A program made the position numbers and the translations under genes. Below the pieces are notes generated by a model. The model saw only the letters and a list, made by a program, of their open reading frames with translations. It ran no database searches and was not told the DNA's origin. From an uncultured virus (IMG/VR IMGVR_UViG_3300029967_000119) (lineage: Duplodnaviria; Heunggongvirae; Uroviricota; Caudoviricetes), in IMG/VR virus record IMGVR_UViG_3300029967_000119: a DNA stretch of 64,000 nucleotides; one strand, 5' to 3'. Of this stretch, positions 62,477 through 64,000 are shown in pieces (positions within the stretch are counted from its first letter, which is position 1; each line of letters opens with the position of its first letter).

Positions 62477-63034
62477 CTAGAACATCTTATATGTTTTTGC
62501 AAAGTCCATTGCAGACACATGCATGCCATTCTCATATATGTCTTGGCAAATCTCAGCAAGCATCTTTGGACTCAACACACTGCTCACGATGTACTCATAG
62601 CTGAAGTTGAAGAACTCATTTATAGCTATAGTTGCATTGAGCGCTGTCACCCCACTCATCTTCTCAAGCTTCTCCTTCACATAGTAGAACACTTCAAAGA
62701 TGCTCTTCTTTGGTATCTTCTTTATAGTCCCATCAGGGTTTGTGTACTGCTCTCTGTATGGAGACTTCTTTCAAATCTCTAGCACCTGCAGAGATATGTC
62801 TTTCATCTCATCTTCATCATAGAGTGTCGGCTCATAGTCATCGACATACTCTGAAGCGAGCACTATCTTTGTGTTCCTAGCATAAGTCATGTCTACACTT
62901 GCATCAGTGTAAGCATGGAGAGACTTCATTGTGTTGATGCGCTTCCTCACACTAGGATCAGGTGTGCCTTGTGCAGAAGAGTCTGCTGCAGCAAGCGACA
63001 CATCTATGGTTGCATCAATTGATGGTTGTTCCAT
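62477..63034 (-). CDS. hypothetical protein, 185 aa with one TGA=Trp
   Basis: Track ORFs 62771-63034 and 62477-62692 joined in frame by TGA 62771. Confidence 0.75.
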
Positions 63035-63049
63035 TTGAAGTGTTTGATT

Positions 63050-64000
63050 TTAAGAAGCTTCAAACAAGTCTTGCCCAGATATCCTCAGCTCGCTGAGACC
63101 TAAGTTCGGCAGTTCTTGTTGCCCTTGTTGTTTAGGTTGCCCTACACTATTATATTGTGGGTTTGCCAAAGCTGTCCATTTCTTTGGTATGTCCGTCCCT
63201 TCTACCACTATGTCTTCAGTCGTGTCTTCTGTGATCCTCAAGAACTTTTTGTCTACCACATACTTCTTCTTGTTTCCCATGGCATCACTGTTCCTCAGTG
63301 CTACAGCCTTGAGGTAGTAGACACCTTCTGCATTCATCACAGCTGTCTGGATGATTCCAAACAGAGAGTCAACAGTCGCAATCAGGCCAGCAGACTCAGA
63401 CACATTGCTCATGCTTATGTCAGTTGCATCAAATGCAGACCTGTTAGTCTGTGTCACTGACACGACACACCAGTTGTTCCGCTGAGACATTGCACGGACA
63501 TCCTCACATATAGACTTTATCTTCTGGTATGTGTTCTCAGAGTTCGGGTTCTTGTAGTCTTTCATGATGTTGATGTAGTCAATGAAGACGTTGTCAAACT
63601 TGAAAGGCTTGTCTTCAGTTGAGAGCTCGGCTTCTTTCTTCAGTATGAAAGCTTCTATGTCATACACAGTCGCTGAAGATGTTGGAAACTCTTCAATGAA
63701 GAACTTTCCTGGCTTCTGGAATGAACCAGCTTTCTTTGCTTGGTACGCTGAGACTTTCTCTTTGAACTTCTCAATGTCTTGGACATAGTCTCTGTACTCT
63801 TTGATTGGTATGTCAAACAAGTTTGCGCCAATCCTCTGGTTCACAAGCTGGTATGACAGCTCAAGAGTTATGTACACAGTGTTGAGGCCGGAGTCGACTG
63901 AGTTCGCCGCCAAGTTGCAGAGCCACATCGACTTCCCGACCTTTGGCGACCCCATCAGCACATTGAGGGTCTTCTTTGCCCATCCACCATTCAATGCAAT
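63050..64000 (-). CDS. DnaB-like replicative helicase (T4 gp41-like), 5' end outside window
   Basis: GSPKVGKS, YITLEL, FIDYINI, TQTNR, SESAGL. Confidence 0.92.
   Translation of the reverse strand: MALNGGWAKKTLNVLMGSPKVGKSMWLCNLAANSVDSGLNTVYITLELSYQLVNQRIGANLFDIPIKEYRDYVQDIEKFKEKVSAYQAKKAGSFQKPGKFFIEEFPTSSATVYDIEAFILKKEAELSTEDKPFKFDNVFIDYINIMKDYKNPNSENTYQKIKSICEDVRAMSQRNNWCVVSVTQTNRSAFDATDISMSNVSESAGLIATVDSLFGIIQTAVMNAEGVYYLKAVALRNSDAMGNKKKYVVDKKFLRITEDTTEDIVVEGTDIPKKWTALANPQYNSVGQPKQQGQQELPNLGLSELRISGQDLFEAS

Noticed and set aside
36143..63034. Multiple nonsense pseudogenes
   Set aside because: Every interruption is TGA, flanks remain in frame and intact, and essential genes are affected; recoding is more parsimonious.
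1..64000. TAG-to-Gln recoding (code 15, Lak/crAss-like) or TGA-to-Gly (code 25)
   Set aside because: TAG terminates many genes right before the next start (e.g. 1056, 8454, 29045, 52696); TGA aligns with TGG-encoded Trp in internal repeats.

Overview
A 64-kb segment of a large, T4-like (jumbo-type) bacteriophage genome. The host is most likely a Bacteroidota species, judged from five TAnnTTTG promoters, a Bacteroidota-type ClpP, DAHP synthase/chorismate mutase and lipoprotein, and a tmRNA tag ending YALAA. The standard-code ORF track fragments many genes because the phage reads TGA as Trp (code 4): about 33 in-frame TGAs interrupt otherwise continuous genes, while every credible gene ends in TAA or TAG. 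The standout feature is a 93-nt tRNA gene at 12800-12892 (-) with two complete tandem anticodon stem-loops, one UCA (UGA suppressor) and one CCA (ordinary Trp), related by a compensatory base-pair change. It lies directly behind a GIY-YIG homing endonuclease that itself needs six TGA read-throughs. The window also holds a KdsC-like/U32 hydroxylase/DAHP synthase-chorismate mutase/glycosyltransferase cluster, psd, nrdG, clpP, RNA and DNA ligases, a sigma factor, tmRNA, type II topoisomerase genes interleaved with endonucleases, a frameshifted TnpB-like nuclease, an origin-like palindrome cluster, a RuvC-like resolvase, very large putative virion genes, a collagen fibre and T4 gp46/gp47/gp41-like genes. 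All calls come from manual reading and motif recognition; no searches were run.
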